From: Octopus sinensis
Taxonomy: Eukaryota
Direction: 5' to 3'
Length of the DNA stretch: 64,000 nucleotides
Assembly (NCBI RefSeq): GCF_006345805.1
Contig: NC_043002.1
Location: forward strand, 40,672,001 to 40,736,000
Of this stretch, positions 25,440 to 38,823 are shown one piece after another. A program made the position numbers and the translations under genes. Within the stretch, counting starts at the first letter, position 1, and every line of letters begins with the position of its first letter. The notes below the pieces were generated by a model. It ran no database searches and had not been told where the DNA came from. It saw only the letters and a program-made list of their open reading frames with translations.

Positions 25440-25470
<31 letters not shown>

Positions 25471-25859
25471 ACGAACACATTGAATTAAACACACTGCATC
25501 TGAAAAAAAAAAGACGGTGTGGTCATGGCCGGAAAGCCTTTGATTGGAGCTGACTTGGAGCTAAATAACAATAACATTAAAAAAATCAAAAACAAACGAA
25601 CAAACCACCAGAAATCACCAAATTAACAAAGAGTTCTATGTTAGCTATTCTTTACTGCCTGCTTGCGCTCAACAGATGCACACCAGTCAGTGTTGTTTTA
25701 TTTATTCATTCATACTTTCATTCATTCATTCATTCATTTAACGTGAAAAGCAGCGGCTTCTGAGAGAGGGATCCCTTCTGCAAACCAATCATTGATTTTG
25801 AAGTCTAAAAATAACCCCAGTCATGCTGCTGCTGTGTGTGACTTCCCCCGAAACCGTGT

Positions 25860-26235
25860 GTGTGATGAAAGCATTACCGGATGAAAACAAGGCGGGGACT
25901 TTGAGCGAGAAGACGTAACTGCTTGTTCCGCTAGCAACGGCACTGGAACTGTGACGTCATAGGTCGTTGCTATGTAGGGTGAGGGAGGGGTGCGGAAAGT
26001 GAGGAAAAGCGTCAATGCTTTTGCTGCACATTACACATACAAGCGTATAGTTGGCTGGTTGGTTAGTTGTTGAACACACACACATATATATATATAAATC
26101 GCAGACTTTCTCCTCCACACCTCTCTCCGTCACACCCACACCCACCCACCATCAGAGGTAGGGTTTACACGTTGTAAGACAGGGAACTCATTAATTTGAT
26201 CCAAATTAAATTAGCTCCACGGCAACAACATAAAA
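25860..26235. promoter_or_regulatory. CpG-retaining promoter-like region with RFX X-box-like and CRE motifs
   Basis: Unique, CpG-rich sequence with GTTCCGCTAGCAAC (~25925), TGACGTCA (~25952), GTTGCTATG (~25966) and CTCCACGGCAAC (~26215); donor-like GAG|GTAGGG at 26158. Confidence 0.5.
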
Positions 26236-26609
26236 CATCAACAACGACGGCCGCAACAATAAATATAAAATAATAACACCACCCCATACACACAAAAACA
26301 AATATACATGTACTTATATACATACATACGTATATATATATATACATACATACACATATATACGCGTATGTATGTATGTATGTATGTATGTATGTACGTA
26401 TGTATTCTTAAAGCTAGGCGTTGCTGCCGCAGTTGTTTTTTTTTGTTTAACACCAGGTCACCAGGTCAGCTATGTTGAAGCTTAACTCTCATCGAAAGAG
26501 TCCAGCTGTGATCATCTTGCGTTTTCTTTTTATACTTGCTTTCCAGATATAGTGTATCTAAAACTATATTATCCAACGTGCTATTAGAATTTTAAAAAAA
26601 AAGAACATA

Positions 26610-26940
26610 GGCGCAGGAGTGTCTGTGTGCTAAGTAGCTTGCTTACCAACCACATGGTTCCGGATTCAGTCCCACTGCATGGCACCTTGGGCAAGTGTCT
26701 TCTACAATAGCCTCGAGCCAACCAAAGCCTTGTGAGTGGATTTGGTAGAAGGAAACTGAAAGAAGCCTGTCGTATATATGTATATGTATATATATGCGTG
26801 TATCTGTGTTTGCACCCCCACCCCCCAAACATCGCTTGACAACCAATGCTGGTGTGTTTACGTCCCCGTAACTTAGTGGTTCGGCAAAAGACTGATAGAA
26901 TAAGTACTAGGCTTACCAAGACTAAGTCTTGGGGTCGATA
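26610..26940 (+). mobile_element. SINE family B
   Basis: GGCGCAGGAGT..TGTGTGCTAAG A box, GGATTCAGTCCC B box, CCTTGGGCAAG block. Confidence 0.85.
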
Positions 26941-28014
26941 GCCTGAGGCCGTTCAATGCCTTGTGAGTAGATTTGGTAGATAGGAACTGTCATGTGTGTG
27001 TATATATATATATATATACACACACGACAGTTTCCATCTATCAAATCTCTCTCTCTATATATATATAGCTGTGTGTGTGCGTGTTTGCTCCCCCATCACC
27101 ACTTGACAACCGGTGTTGGCGTGTTTCAGTCATCGGACTGTGGCCATACTGTGGCACTGCCTTGAAGGGTTTAGTTGAACAAATGAACCCCAGTACTTAT
27201 TTTTATCTAAGCCTTGTACTTATTCTATCGATATCTTTTTGCCAAACCACTAAGTTACAGGGACATAAACAAATCAATACTGGTTGTCAAGGAGTGGTGG
27301 CAATCAAACACAAAAATACACACACACACTCTCAACGTTTTGGTCAACCTGGGGCTATGACAGAAGACACTTGTTCCAGTTGCCACACAGTGGGACTGAA
27401 CAAAGAACCACATGGTTAGGAAACAAGCTTCTTATCACATAGCCACACTGGCACACACACGTGTGTGTGTGTTTATGAAAAATTATAGATTAAAAAAACA
27501 TTAACAGAAGAATTACCCAATTACATTCTTGTATTTTATTTTAACAAAGAAAAGGTTGACAGTGACTTTGAAGGTTCTGTTTGGTCACCTTCATGAGAAA
27601 TATATGTATACACACACATATATAGATATATCTATGGTGTGTGTTTATAAAGTTTGCTTTACAATTATGTGATTCCAGCTCTTTGATCACACTGTGCTGT
27701 ACCCTGCACAAGTGTCTGGCAACTTCACTTTAAGACTATTAAAAATGTGCAAATGGCATTTCGTAAACAGAAAATGCAGAACACTGTCAGATGCATGCAT
27801 GTTTATGTGTGAGCTAGCAGAATTGTTAACATGCTGGGTAAAACGCTTAGTGGCATTTTGCCTATTTTTATGTTCTGAGGTTGACTTTGCCTTTCATTTG
27901 TTTGTGTTTGATAAAATAGGTGCCATCTGAACACTGGCGTCAATGTAATCGACTTACTTCTCCCCTAAAATTGTTGGCCCTGTGCCAAAATTGAAGTTTA
28001 TATTAAGTTCCAGC

Positions 28015-28610
28015 AAAGATCCTTTATGATAACCATAAGCGATCAGGTCAATGGCTTGATCATGATGGGTACCCCAAACATTTCACACGATTATGGTAAC
28101 TGCCTGGTGGTCTGCAATTGGTGTTGTCCATTACAGCTTTCTGAAAGCCAATGAGAGCATTATAGCAGAGGTTTACTGCAATCAACTTGCTGAAATGCTT
28201 GCTTAATTGCAAAACTGAGACCTGCATTGGTGAATCAGTGTGGCCCAATTCTACTCCACAATAATGCAAGAATGAAGCTGCAGAAAGAAACTCAGATTTG
28301 GAATATGACACTTTACCACATCCTCCATATTCTCCTGATCTTTCACCCACTAAATACCATTTTTTAAAGCATTTAAACATGTTTTTAAGTGATAAAACTT
28401 TCAGGTCCAAACCAGAGGTGTAATCAGCTTTGAAAGATTTCTTAGCATCAAAGCCAATAAGTTTTTATCAACAAGGCATAAATAATATTGTTGATCAATG
28501 GCAGAAATGCATAGGTGTTCACAGCTCATACTAATCAAAACATTTCTATTGTTAATTTTTCCAGAATAAAATTACGTTTCTGAAATCAGCTATTATTTTC
28601 AGAACCTAAT
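28015..28610 (+). mobile_element. mariner transposase 3' remnant with right TIR
   Basis: ILYDNHKRSGQWLDHD, WWSAIGVVHYSFL, PILLHNNAR, HPPYSPDLSPTKYHF; ends with an ACCTAAT mariner-like terminus. Confidence 0.85.
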
Positions 28611-28724
28611 TGAGTTCTAACAAAGGACAACAGGCTATTGGTATCACTATGCCTAAATGAAACCATTTATAACTATGTGTGTGTGTGTGTGTGTGTGTGT
28701 GTATACATGTATTATTATTATTAT

Positions 28725-28766
<42 letters not shown>

Positions 28767-30272
28767 GAATATATAAATGGAACAAAAATGCAACAGAGGG
28801 CATTAAAATGTGCAGACAGATAGATGACACAAAGGTGGACATGAGAAACAACAATTAGGACAGGCAAAAAAAGACGGGCCATTCTTGGCTTTCTTTCATC
28901 AGTCAAGTCCCAGAAGTCATGACCATTTCGAGCAGTTACACTTAAGATAGTTTGATCTGGTTGCCCCCCCAAGAAGTCTAAGCTAAGAGCATTAGACCCC
29001 GATGATGCAAACAGGAGAATGCATGTATATATGTATATACTTTTATTAATATTTAGAAGAAGCAACAGAGTGACTTAGCAATGCATGAAACTCTTGGCCC
29101 TCGAATCACTCTGTTGTTTCTAAGGGTATGGTCTGGCACTTGCCACCATCTCTATCCTGCTGTCTCCCATTCTCTCTCTCTCTTTCTCTCTGGCTGGGTA
29201 ACCTTGTACCACCTCTACAGCAAGACATCTGTTTCTAACTACAACCTTTCATCATCTGTCACAAGATCACCTCCTCCAATGCCTCCTCCCTCTCAAAAGA
29301 TTTTTTTCTTTTTTTGTCTTGCAGGTGCCACTTAAAAAGCATCCAGGCCACATTGTAAAGTGGTTGGCATTTGGAAGGGCATTCAACTGTAAAAAACTTT
29401 CCAAAACTGACTTCGTCAATGCTTGTGTCACGTAATAAGCACTAAATCCACTCTGCTGAGTGGTTGGTATTAGGAAGGGCATCCAACTGTAAAAATCCTG
29501 CCAAAACAGGCACAGAAGTCTTGTGCAGGCTTCTGTTAAACCATCCCACCCATGCCAGCATGGAAGGCGGTCATTAAACAATGATGATGATATTATATGT
29601 AGAAAGCATAGGACTGGTTTCCTGGTTTCTCTGGCACATATATTCCTCTTTATTACTCATTTTTATCAGCTGAGTGGACTGGAGCAATGTGAAATGAAGT
29701 GTTTTGCTCAAGAACACAACAATGCATTACCTGGTCAGGAATCAAAACACAATCTTACAATCATGAGTCCAGCGCCCTAAACTCTAAGACATCTGCCTCC
29801 ACATATACATATCTATCTATCTATCAATCTACACACACACACAAATACATACACACACAAATATATACAAAACAAAAGCAATAATTCCCTTCCTGGTATC
29901 AGTCACTTATCTGCTCCCATTCTCTTTTTGGCTTTTCCTTATCTCTTAAAAACCTGGTCATAGAAATGTATCTAATGACATGGAAAAAAAAAAAAGAAAA
30001 TCCTTCATTTATTCATGACAATGATAAAGATTAAATTTATATTCATCATTTTATGGTGCTTATTTTTAAGAAAAAAAAATCAATACCACAAGGCTACTGT
30101 ATATCTAATACAAGATTTATTTCTGAATGAAAAGCATTGAGCCATAAAATCTAGGTCAACAGTTGAAAATAAATAATCTTGACATTTGTTGGTGGTCACT
30201 TTGAAATCTTGGCTTGAGTGAAACATTAGTGTGTGATGGAATTGTATGGATCTTAGTGGGTTGTGTGATATA

Positions 30273-30780
30273 GGTGTATGCATGGCTGTGTGGTTAAAAA
30301 GCTGACTTTGCAATCACGTGGTTTTGGGATCAAGCCTACAGCATGACATCTTGGGTAAGTGTCAGCTACTAGAGTCTTAGGCAAACAAATGCCTTGTAAG
30401 TGAATCTGATATACACAGAGACTGTGTGTAAGCACACTGATGTGTGGTAAGAAGCTTTGCTTCTCAACCACATGGTTCTGGGTTCAGTCCCACAATGTGA
30501 CATCTTAGACAAGTGTCTTCTATTATAACCTTGAAACAACTCAAGCTTTGTGGGTGGATTTGGAAGATAGAAACTGAAAGACACCCATTGTGTGTGTGTG
30601 TGTGTGTGTGTGTCTGTGTTTTTACATACACACAGAGGCATGGCTGCAGAAACAAGAAGTTTGTTTCACAACCACATGGTGTTGGAATTGGTCCCACAGC
30701 AAAGAACCATTGGTAAGTGTCTTTGACTATAGCCCCAAAGCTGACCAATACTTTAAGTGAATATGGTAAATGGTAGCCTC
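30273..30780 (+). mobile_element. three tandem degenerate SINE family B heads
   Basis: Heads near 30273, 30432 and 30635, each with GTGTGGT.AG / GGTTCAGTCCC / GGCAAGTGTC-like blocks. Confidence 0.7.
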
Positions 30781-32662
30781 AGAAAATTTGTAGTGTGTGT
30801 AAGAATGTGCGTGAATGTTGATATTCTACTCTTGTCAGAACTTAGTGTTGATATCATAACTGACTGCTTTACACTTTGGAATAAAAAAATTCCTCATTTG
30901 AAAAACAGGTAAGAATTGGCAAGAAGAAGAGCATTTGACTGTAACACCCTACTTCAAATAGTTCTACATTTAACCCTTGCTAACATGGAAAAATATGAAC
31001 ATGAAATGAAAGAATGATTGTGTGTGTGGTGGTGATGGTGAGAGCACGCTCTTTTCTTTTGAATAAATGTATGTGTGAGTGGGTTAAAATATTGATCAGA
31101 TTAACCTGAGGAAACCACTTCTGGAATTAATTGCAGAGTAAGAGGACAGGGAAGATTGACAATTTGTTTGATGAAGAAGCAGATGTCTAGGCAAGTATAA
31201 TATATCAATTTGAAAGACTGGTTGGAATTTCAACCCAATTAATTAAGATAGAATGGAATAAGCTATATATAACTCTTGTCAAAAATGGTTCCACCTTTTC
31301 ATGAAGATGTTAGCATAATCATCATTGTGAATCAGGTTTTTGCTGATTTATATCCCATAAGATTGCCCCACAACTCTAAAATCTTGCATAGCCACAGGTT
31401 AACTTCAATATAAGGCTATGTAAAATTTGATCAAAACCCAAGAATAGTCAGAATTGAGATAATTTAAGAAATACAAGGGGCCCAATCCTTTGAGTTCTTT
31501 TACAAAGCTTAGAAAAACTGAAGGACTGCTGTAATAAGTGTGTGGATCTGAGAGGGGAATATGATGAATAAAATCATAATTAACTGATCTTCCTGTATTT
31601 TCTTTTACCCAAAATCAGGAACTTTTCAGATAAAATAATTAGTGAAAAGAGGAAGAAAAAAATACATGTGAATGTTGGTGTTTTTTCCTGTTTTTATTGA
31701 TATGGTACATTCAGTCAGATTATCAACAACTTGTAACAGAAACCAAAGAGAAACTCTCTTCATATTCACTAAAACTACTAGAAACAAATCTCCTTCCAGC
31801 CACATGCTACTCTGAATAATATAATCTCAGATACACTAGATTTAAAAAATAAACAAAATGGATGGTAACAGCTGGTCTTGCACTAAACAACAACATAAAT
31901 TATTTGTAATTAGTCAAAAAAGTACAGCAAACCTGACAAACTTTATATAATCCTATTAGGTTAACTGGTTGAAGCACTTGATAGCTCTCACATGCAGTGT
32001 TTTACATTAGGTAGAAGACAAATGCATGTTTTTTTTTTCTTTTCTTTTTTTAAATCCTATTTATTATTGAGGCTTAACTTTCCTCTGGAAAGCAGTAAAA
32101 AGAAATAGCCAAGGAGAAAAAAAACTGCAGAAATCAAGAACGTATTTGGTAAGATTCTGTGATACAAATGACTCCAAAATCCAAATTGTTGCTGATTTCA
32201 CAGTTTAACAGGCATGGCTGTGTGGTAAGAAATTTGCTTCTCATTACATGCTTCTGAGTTCAGTCCAACTGCATGGCACCTTAGGAAAGTGTCTTCTAGT
32301 ACAGCTTCGAGCTGACCAAAGTTTTGTGAGTGGTTTCGGTAGACGGAAACTGAAAGAAGCCTGTTGTACATAATATATATACATGTATATGTATATAATA
32401 TATATTTGTGTTTGTCTTTGTCTCACATCACCACTTGACAACTGGTGTTGGTTTGTTTATGCTCCTGTAATTTAGTGGTTTGACAGAAGAATCTGAATAA
32501 GTATCAGGCTTAAAAAAAAAAGTACTAGGGTTGATTTATTCAACTAAACCCTTCAAGGTGGTGCCCTAGCATCACTGCAGTCTTATGACCAAAACAAGTA
32601 AAACATAAAAAATAACAGTGCTAAAAGTAGTAATTTTCTACAGAGACACTAGATTTTCTATA

Positions 32663-33058
32663 GGCGCAGGAGTGGCTGTGTGGTAAGTAGCTTGCTAATC
32701 AACCACATGGTTCCGGGTTCAGTCCCACTGCGTGGCATCTTGGGCAAGTGTCTTCTGCTATAGCTTCGGGCCGACCAATGCCTTGTGAGTGGATTTGGTA
32801 GACGGAAACTGATGAAGCCTGTTGTATATATGTATATATATGTGTGTCTGTGTTTGTCCCCCTAGCATTGCTTGACAACCGATGCTGGTGTGTTTACGTC
32901 CCCGTCACATTTAGCGGTTCGGCAAAAGAGACCGATAGAATAAGTACTGGGCTTACAAAGAATAAGTCCCGAGGTCGATTTGCTCGACTAAAGGCGGTGC
33001 TCCAGCATGGCCGCAGTCAAATGACTGAAACAAGTAAAAGAGTAAAAGAGTAAAGAGA
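32663..33058 (+). mobile_element. full-length young SINE family B
   Basis: Intact head, CpG-rich body and GTAAAAGAGTAAAAGAG tail. Confidence 0.9.
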
Positions 33059-33905
33059 GACATAATGTTACTTATCTGTAGAGATGTGCCATGTCATCCC
33101 ATGGCCCCTTATCAGAACAGATGGCATTTCTTGGACATTTTAAACCTGGTGGAACCCAGCCTTTCCCAGGTTAAACTACAGTCAATTTCTTTCAGGAGAG
33201 AAAGAGTCAGCCAGAAAGAAAGAGAAGAATTAGCTCCAGATAAGGAATGGTACTCTATTGGCTCCAAAAGAACAAAAGGCAAATGTGACCATGGCAAGAT
33301 TTGAACTCAGAGTGCAGAGAGCAGAACAATTATTGTAAAGCAATCTGACACTCAAAAGACTCATCCACTTGACCACCTAACAGAGGGATATGATGAACTG
33401 AATCAAACCCAGTTTGTCCCTAGCTTATATCTTATGTACTTTGGAGAGAAAAAAGTGAAAATTAGCCCTAAAAGTCAGCAATTATTATTAGTCATGCAAA
33501 TAGCTAATAATTAAAAAAAATATTAAGTATATTCAATAAATAAATATTTCCCATTTAAAAAAAAATTCACTTCTTTCATAAACTACAAGGCATATGCTTA
33601 AGTGTTGTTATTGGTTTTCTCTTAGATCAGTCATAATCAAACAATAATGAAAAACATTGCAAATCTCTTTCTCCTTTCTTTCTTTTATGTGCAAACTATA
33701 TCAGACAATATGATCTTCATTCTAACCCTTTAGCATTCAGATAACTCTATCAAATGTAATGCTTATTGATTCACACTGTTTTGATCTAAACATGCTTGAT
33801 TTGTAGCTTCAAGATTTTGATGATGCGATGTAATTGTTTATTTTTAGAATGACATTGTAGGGTAAGTGTAAGAGGCTGAATTTGAAGCTTATATTAAGTT
33901 AATTA

Positions 33906-34778
33906 GTGTTTTTTACGTGTCATGTGCACGGGAGCCAGTCAGGGGACACGGGTATTGACCATGTTCAGATGATGCATTTTACATGCCACCAGAACAGGAG
34001 CCATTCTGAGGGCACTGGCCACAGCAACAATTTTAATTTTGGTTTTACTTGACTCAACAGGTCTTCTCAAGCATATTATATCGCCTGATGCCTCAAGTGT
34101 ACTCTTAAATGGGCCAGACATACAACACTGGCATCAGCCATGGCTATGATCTCACTTTAGTTGCCAGGTCTTCTCAATCACAGCATGTCTCCAAAGATCT
34201 CAGTCTCCTGTCATTGCCTCTGTGAGGTCCAATGTTTGAAGGACATGCTTCACCACCTCATCCTGTATTTTCCTGGGTCTAACTCTTATACAGGTTCCTT
34301 CCACAGTTAGAGTGTGGCACTTCCTCATACAGCTGTCCTCATCCATACATAACACATGACCATACTAGAGCACTTGTCTCTCTTGCACACCGCATTTGAT
34401 GCTTCTTATGTCCAACTTTTCTCTCTTTTGTGACATTACACACCCTGCGGATCATACAAGCTTCATTTCTTTCAAGCCTACACATGTCCTCAGCAGTCAG
34501 TGCCCATGTTTCACTGCTGTGTAGTATGGGACTTTGCACACATGCATCATACAGTCTACCTTTCATCCTGAGGAGAGGCGCTTAGTTGCCAGCAGAGGTA
34601 GGAGCTCCCTGAACTTTACTCAGGCTATTCTTATTCTAGCTGCTATACTCTCAGAGTAACTACCCCCACTATAGGCTTGGTCACCTAGGTAGCAGAAGCT
34701 ATCAACTACTTCTAGTTTTTCTCCTTGGCATGTGATGGAATCTGTTTTCTATACATCTTCAGTGTTTATTGCCCCTGA
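33906..34778 (-). mobile_element. RTE LINE 3' remnant
   Basis: RLYDACVQSPILHSSETWALTAEDMCRLERNEA matches the LINE at 5441; the 5' end lies just downstream of the PHD finger position. Confidence 0.88.
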
Positions 34779-35916
34779 TGATGATAATGATGATGATGAT
34801 ATATACAGATATAATGACAGAGATCTTCATCATTACCATCACACAAAGCAGAGAATATTAGAGATGACAGATAATACTTAGGTAGGTAGATAAACAGACA
34901 GTTAAGTTTAAACAGAGACAATTAGACAGATATATAGACAGAATGTAGATAGACAATGCAACAGAAGGACAAGCATTTAATCAGATGTACTGATATAGAG
35001 AAGAAAGTAAATTCATACATAAATACATATGTAATTACATTATGAACACTTCAACTAATCCACTTTACAATATTTACTTTTATGTAAACTAATCAATCTC
35101 TCAATACATATATCTGTCTATCTGTATGAGCTACATGTACTATTATAGGTTTCTTCTTTTTTTTATCATTTTTATTCTTTTTGTGTGTGGTCAAGAAGCC
35201 TGTTTTGTAACCATGTGGTTTTTGGCTTGTGGGTAAATGTCTTTAGCTCCAGGTCAACCAATGTTTTGACAGTGAACTTGGTAGATGGAAACTGAGTGGA
35301 AGCCTACCATGTGTGTGAGTGTGTGTAGGGGTATTATATATAAATATATTATATGGCACAGGCGTGACTGTGTGGTAAGAAGCTTGCTTCCAAACCACAT
35401 GGTTCCAGGTTCAGTGTGTGTGTGTGTATGTATGTGTGTGCATGCATGTGTGAGAGAGAGAGAGAGATTCAATCATACACATATTCAACTTCAATGTCTT
35501 CCTTCTCCAGGAGAGAATGGAAATGAAAGCGTCCTCAGCATTCACAGATTCAGCAAAGTTTTAGTTAATGCATACTCTAGTGAGAAGGAAATGGAGACTT
35601 ATAGTATAGATGGGCAACAACCTACTTCAGGCTACAGGCCAGGTCTGTGACTAGTGCAAGATGTCAGCGAGATGCAAGGTGATGTAAAAGGTAGAATAGC
35701 AAAGTATACAGAGCCATAAAAACTAAGGGATAAATTTTTGAAAGATTGGAAGGAAGAGGGCCACATTTCGTAAAAAAAAAAACCCAAAAAACAAAAAAAA
35801 CTGATGCTGTTCACTGTGCAATCTGTAAGGAGTGATTGAATATATGATTGGCACATTCTAGCCCTTCCCTGAGGAGGGTCCTACCTAAAAACAGGCCAAG
35901 ATGAAACAATACCTTA

Positions 35917-36214
35917 TGTACATTGCCCAACTGCCTGATCAATGATGAAAACATGTGCCTATAGTCTTATAGTGTATAAAATCATGGGTAGCAAATGTAA
36001 TGAATTTTACAGTGGAAATACCATCAGACGAGTTCACATATGGCTTAAAGAACACCTCTATGCTAATGCTTCTTTGCTCAAAAAACACTAATGAAAAGTC
36101 CTCACCCAAGACATCCAAGTTTCAACTGAAGCTACAGAAAGAAACACTGGAAACTTAAGAATAAAAGAAGCTAGTTTAATTATCAAGTACAGCCCACAAA
36201 TTAATAACAGATTC
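35917..36214 (+). pseudogene. second Penelope-like GIY-YIG endonuclease remnant
   Basis: CTLPNCLINDENMC / IVYKIMGSKCNEFYSGNTIRRVHIWLKEHL...RNTGNLRIKEASLIIKYSPQIN: VYKI-C-YxG, R..LKEH and R.IKEA.LI....P.IN motifs. Confidence 0.7.
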
Positions 36215-36921
36215 AATCTACATGCAACTAATTGGCTGCTATAGCAATGCAAGACAACTCTTCATGTCCACACACTACAGAGTAGAGAAGTTAGCTACCA
36301 ACATCTCTTCTTCATAGATTTCCTGAAGAAGGGATCCTATCACTGAAATACCAGGTAATAGCATTAACCACTGACCTACATTATTAATTTTTTGGCTTAG
36401 TGTGCCTTTGGTATAACCATTTGAACAATGCTTTTTGTGAACAGCTCTATACATGGTTTTTAGCAATAATGTCATGTCTGATGAGAAGGTAGTACTTTTG
36501 AGGCATTTTTGAACAGCTGCTAATGATGTGGATGACATCAATCATTCTGGCACAGTTAACATCTATTTTGAATTACAATGTGGAGGCTTAGAAGCTTTCT
36601 TACCTCTCTTATTTTTATCTAGTAGCTATCTTCTATTTCTGGATAGCAAAGGTGTGTAGCCTTCTAAGATGTGTCTACCAGAGGCCATGAAGAGGCTACT
36701 TTTCCTGTCAATATTTTTTGTATGTTTCAAATGCCATTGGGGTAGACTTTGCCTTTCATCCTTTTGAGGTTGATGTAATTGACTAGCTTCTTCCCACAAA
36801 CTTGCTGGCCTTGTACCAAAATTTGAAATCAATATTTCTTGTATGGATGAATGCATACATATATATAGATATATACATACATGCATACATGTGTAAGCAT
36901 TATGTATGCATATGCACAGTG

Positions 36922-37315
36922 CTCTCTTTACTCTTTTACTTGTTTCAGTCATTTGACTGTGGCCATGCTGGAGCGCCACCTTTAATCGAGCAACTCGACC
37001 CCGGGACTTATTCTTTGTAAGCCCAGTACTTATTCAATCGGTCTCTTTTGCCGAACCGTTAAGTGACAGGGACATAAACACACCAGTATTGGTTGTCAAG
37101 CAATGTTAGGGGGACAAACACAGACACACATATATATATATATATATATATACGACGGGCTTCTTTCAATTTCCGTCTACCAAATCCACTCACAAGGCTT
37201 TGGTCGGCCCAAGGCTATAATAGAAGACACTTGCCCAAGGTGTCCCGCAGTGGGACTGAACTTGGAACCATGTGGTTGGTAAGCAAGCTACTTACCACAC
37301 AGCCATTCCTGCGCC
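36922..37315 (-). mobile_element. young SINE family B
   Basis: Complete element abutting the Tc1 fragment. Confidence 0.9.
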
Positions 37316-37318
37316 TGA

Positions 37319-38050
37319 ATATACATATTCACCAAAAAACACAATTCCTACCGTAAAGTTTGAAGGTGGCAACATCATGGTGTGGGGGTGTTTCTATGCA
37401 AATGGTACTGGCAATTTACATGTGATAGATGGTAGAATGAATGCAGAGATGTACCAAAATATTTTGAACAATAATTTATGGGACGCTGTAGAAAAGCTCT
37501 AGCTTTGTAAAGGGTGGGTTTTACAACAGGATAACGACCCTAAACACACAGCGAAGTCTACCAAAAAATGGATTGTCGATCACAATATAAAATTATTAGA
37601 ATGGCCAAGCCAATCACCTGACTTGAACCCCATTGAAAATTTGTGACATTATTTGAAAATTAAAATTCATTCAAGAGCCCCAACATGCATTGCAGATTTG
37701 AAGAAAATTTGTCAAGAAGAATGGGAAGAAATTCCTAAAGAAACATGCGAATCATTGATTAAGAACTACAAGAAGAGATTGGTTGAAGTGGAACTCAATA
37801 ATGGTTATGCTACGAAGTATTAAATCAGAATTATCAGTAATTTATGTTCTGTACGAATACTTTTTTTCACCCCTAAGTATTTATAATTGTATATAAATTC
37901 CTTAGTTACTATAATTTATTAGTTTCCTTTGCATATTCTTAGTTTATGTATGTGTATGCAAATATAGTATTGGTATATCCCATTTATGTTCATTAGAAAT
38001 TAAATATTTGTACATGTCAAAATTATTTATTTATTTATTTCCCCCCACTG
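37319..38050 (+). mobile_element. 3' half of a Tc1 transposon (DD34E)
   Basis: [38 protein letters not shown] with 34-aa spacing, GYATKY* at 37823; ends TTATTTCCCCCCACTG. Confidence 0.9.
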
Positions 38051-38083
38051 TGTATATATAAATATATATCTATATATACATAA

Positions 38084-38114
<31 letters not shown>

Positions 38115-38217
38115 AATATATACACACATATATATACATATAAACACACATATATATACATATAAACACATATATATACATACATATATACACATATATA
38201 TACATACATAAATACAC

Positions 38218-38256
<39 letters not shown>

Positions 38257-38269
38257 CATACATTTATAC

Positions 38270-38300
<31 letters not shown>

Positions 38301-38425
38301 CATACACACACACATATATACATACACACATATATATACACACACACACATATACACACACATATACACACACATACACACACATATACACACACATACA
38401 CACATATACACACACACACACACAT

Positions 38426-38459
<34 letters not shown>

Positions 38460-38474
38460 GTATATATATATCAT

Positions 38475-38510
<36 letters not shown>
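38051..38510. repeat. compound TA/TACA/CA microsatellite
   Basis: Directly visible. Confidence 0.95.
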
Positions 38511-38823
38511 GTGTGTATTTTTCCCTTGTTAATAATTAACACCGAAAAAATAGGTAAATAGTTACTAGGGTAGCAAAAAATTGCACAAATAAAAAGGTTG
38601 TAACTCCTTGTTTTTAAAGGTAGAAACTCCAGGTTTACTTGAACTATTTTGTATAATATCTATAAATAGAGTTAAACGCAGGTGTTATTCAAATTCTTTT
38701 CCTTCTGACACGTTTCATAAATATCACTGGTATTATAAATTTGTGTAAAACAATGTAATCTTCTCTTCAGGGAAATGAAGAATGAAACTCGTCAATAAGA
38801 CATTTTAACAGAATATTCTGTTG

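Noticed and set aside
28870-28910. Minus-strand CTGATGA...GAATGGCCCGTC, hammerhead-like
   Set aside because: No stem II or stem I pairing and GAAA is broken; cannot be supported without a family consensus.
35865-35915. CTGAGGA...GAAAC upstream of the GIY-YIG remnant
   Set aside because: The intervening sequence forms no stem II and there is no valid stem III or cleavage triplet.
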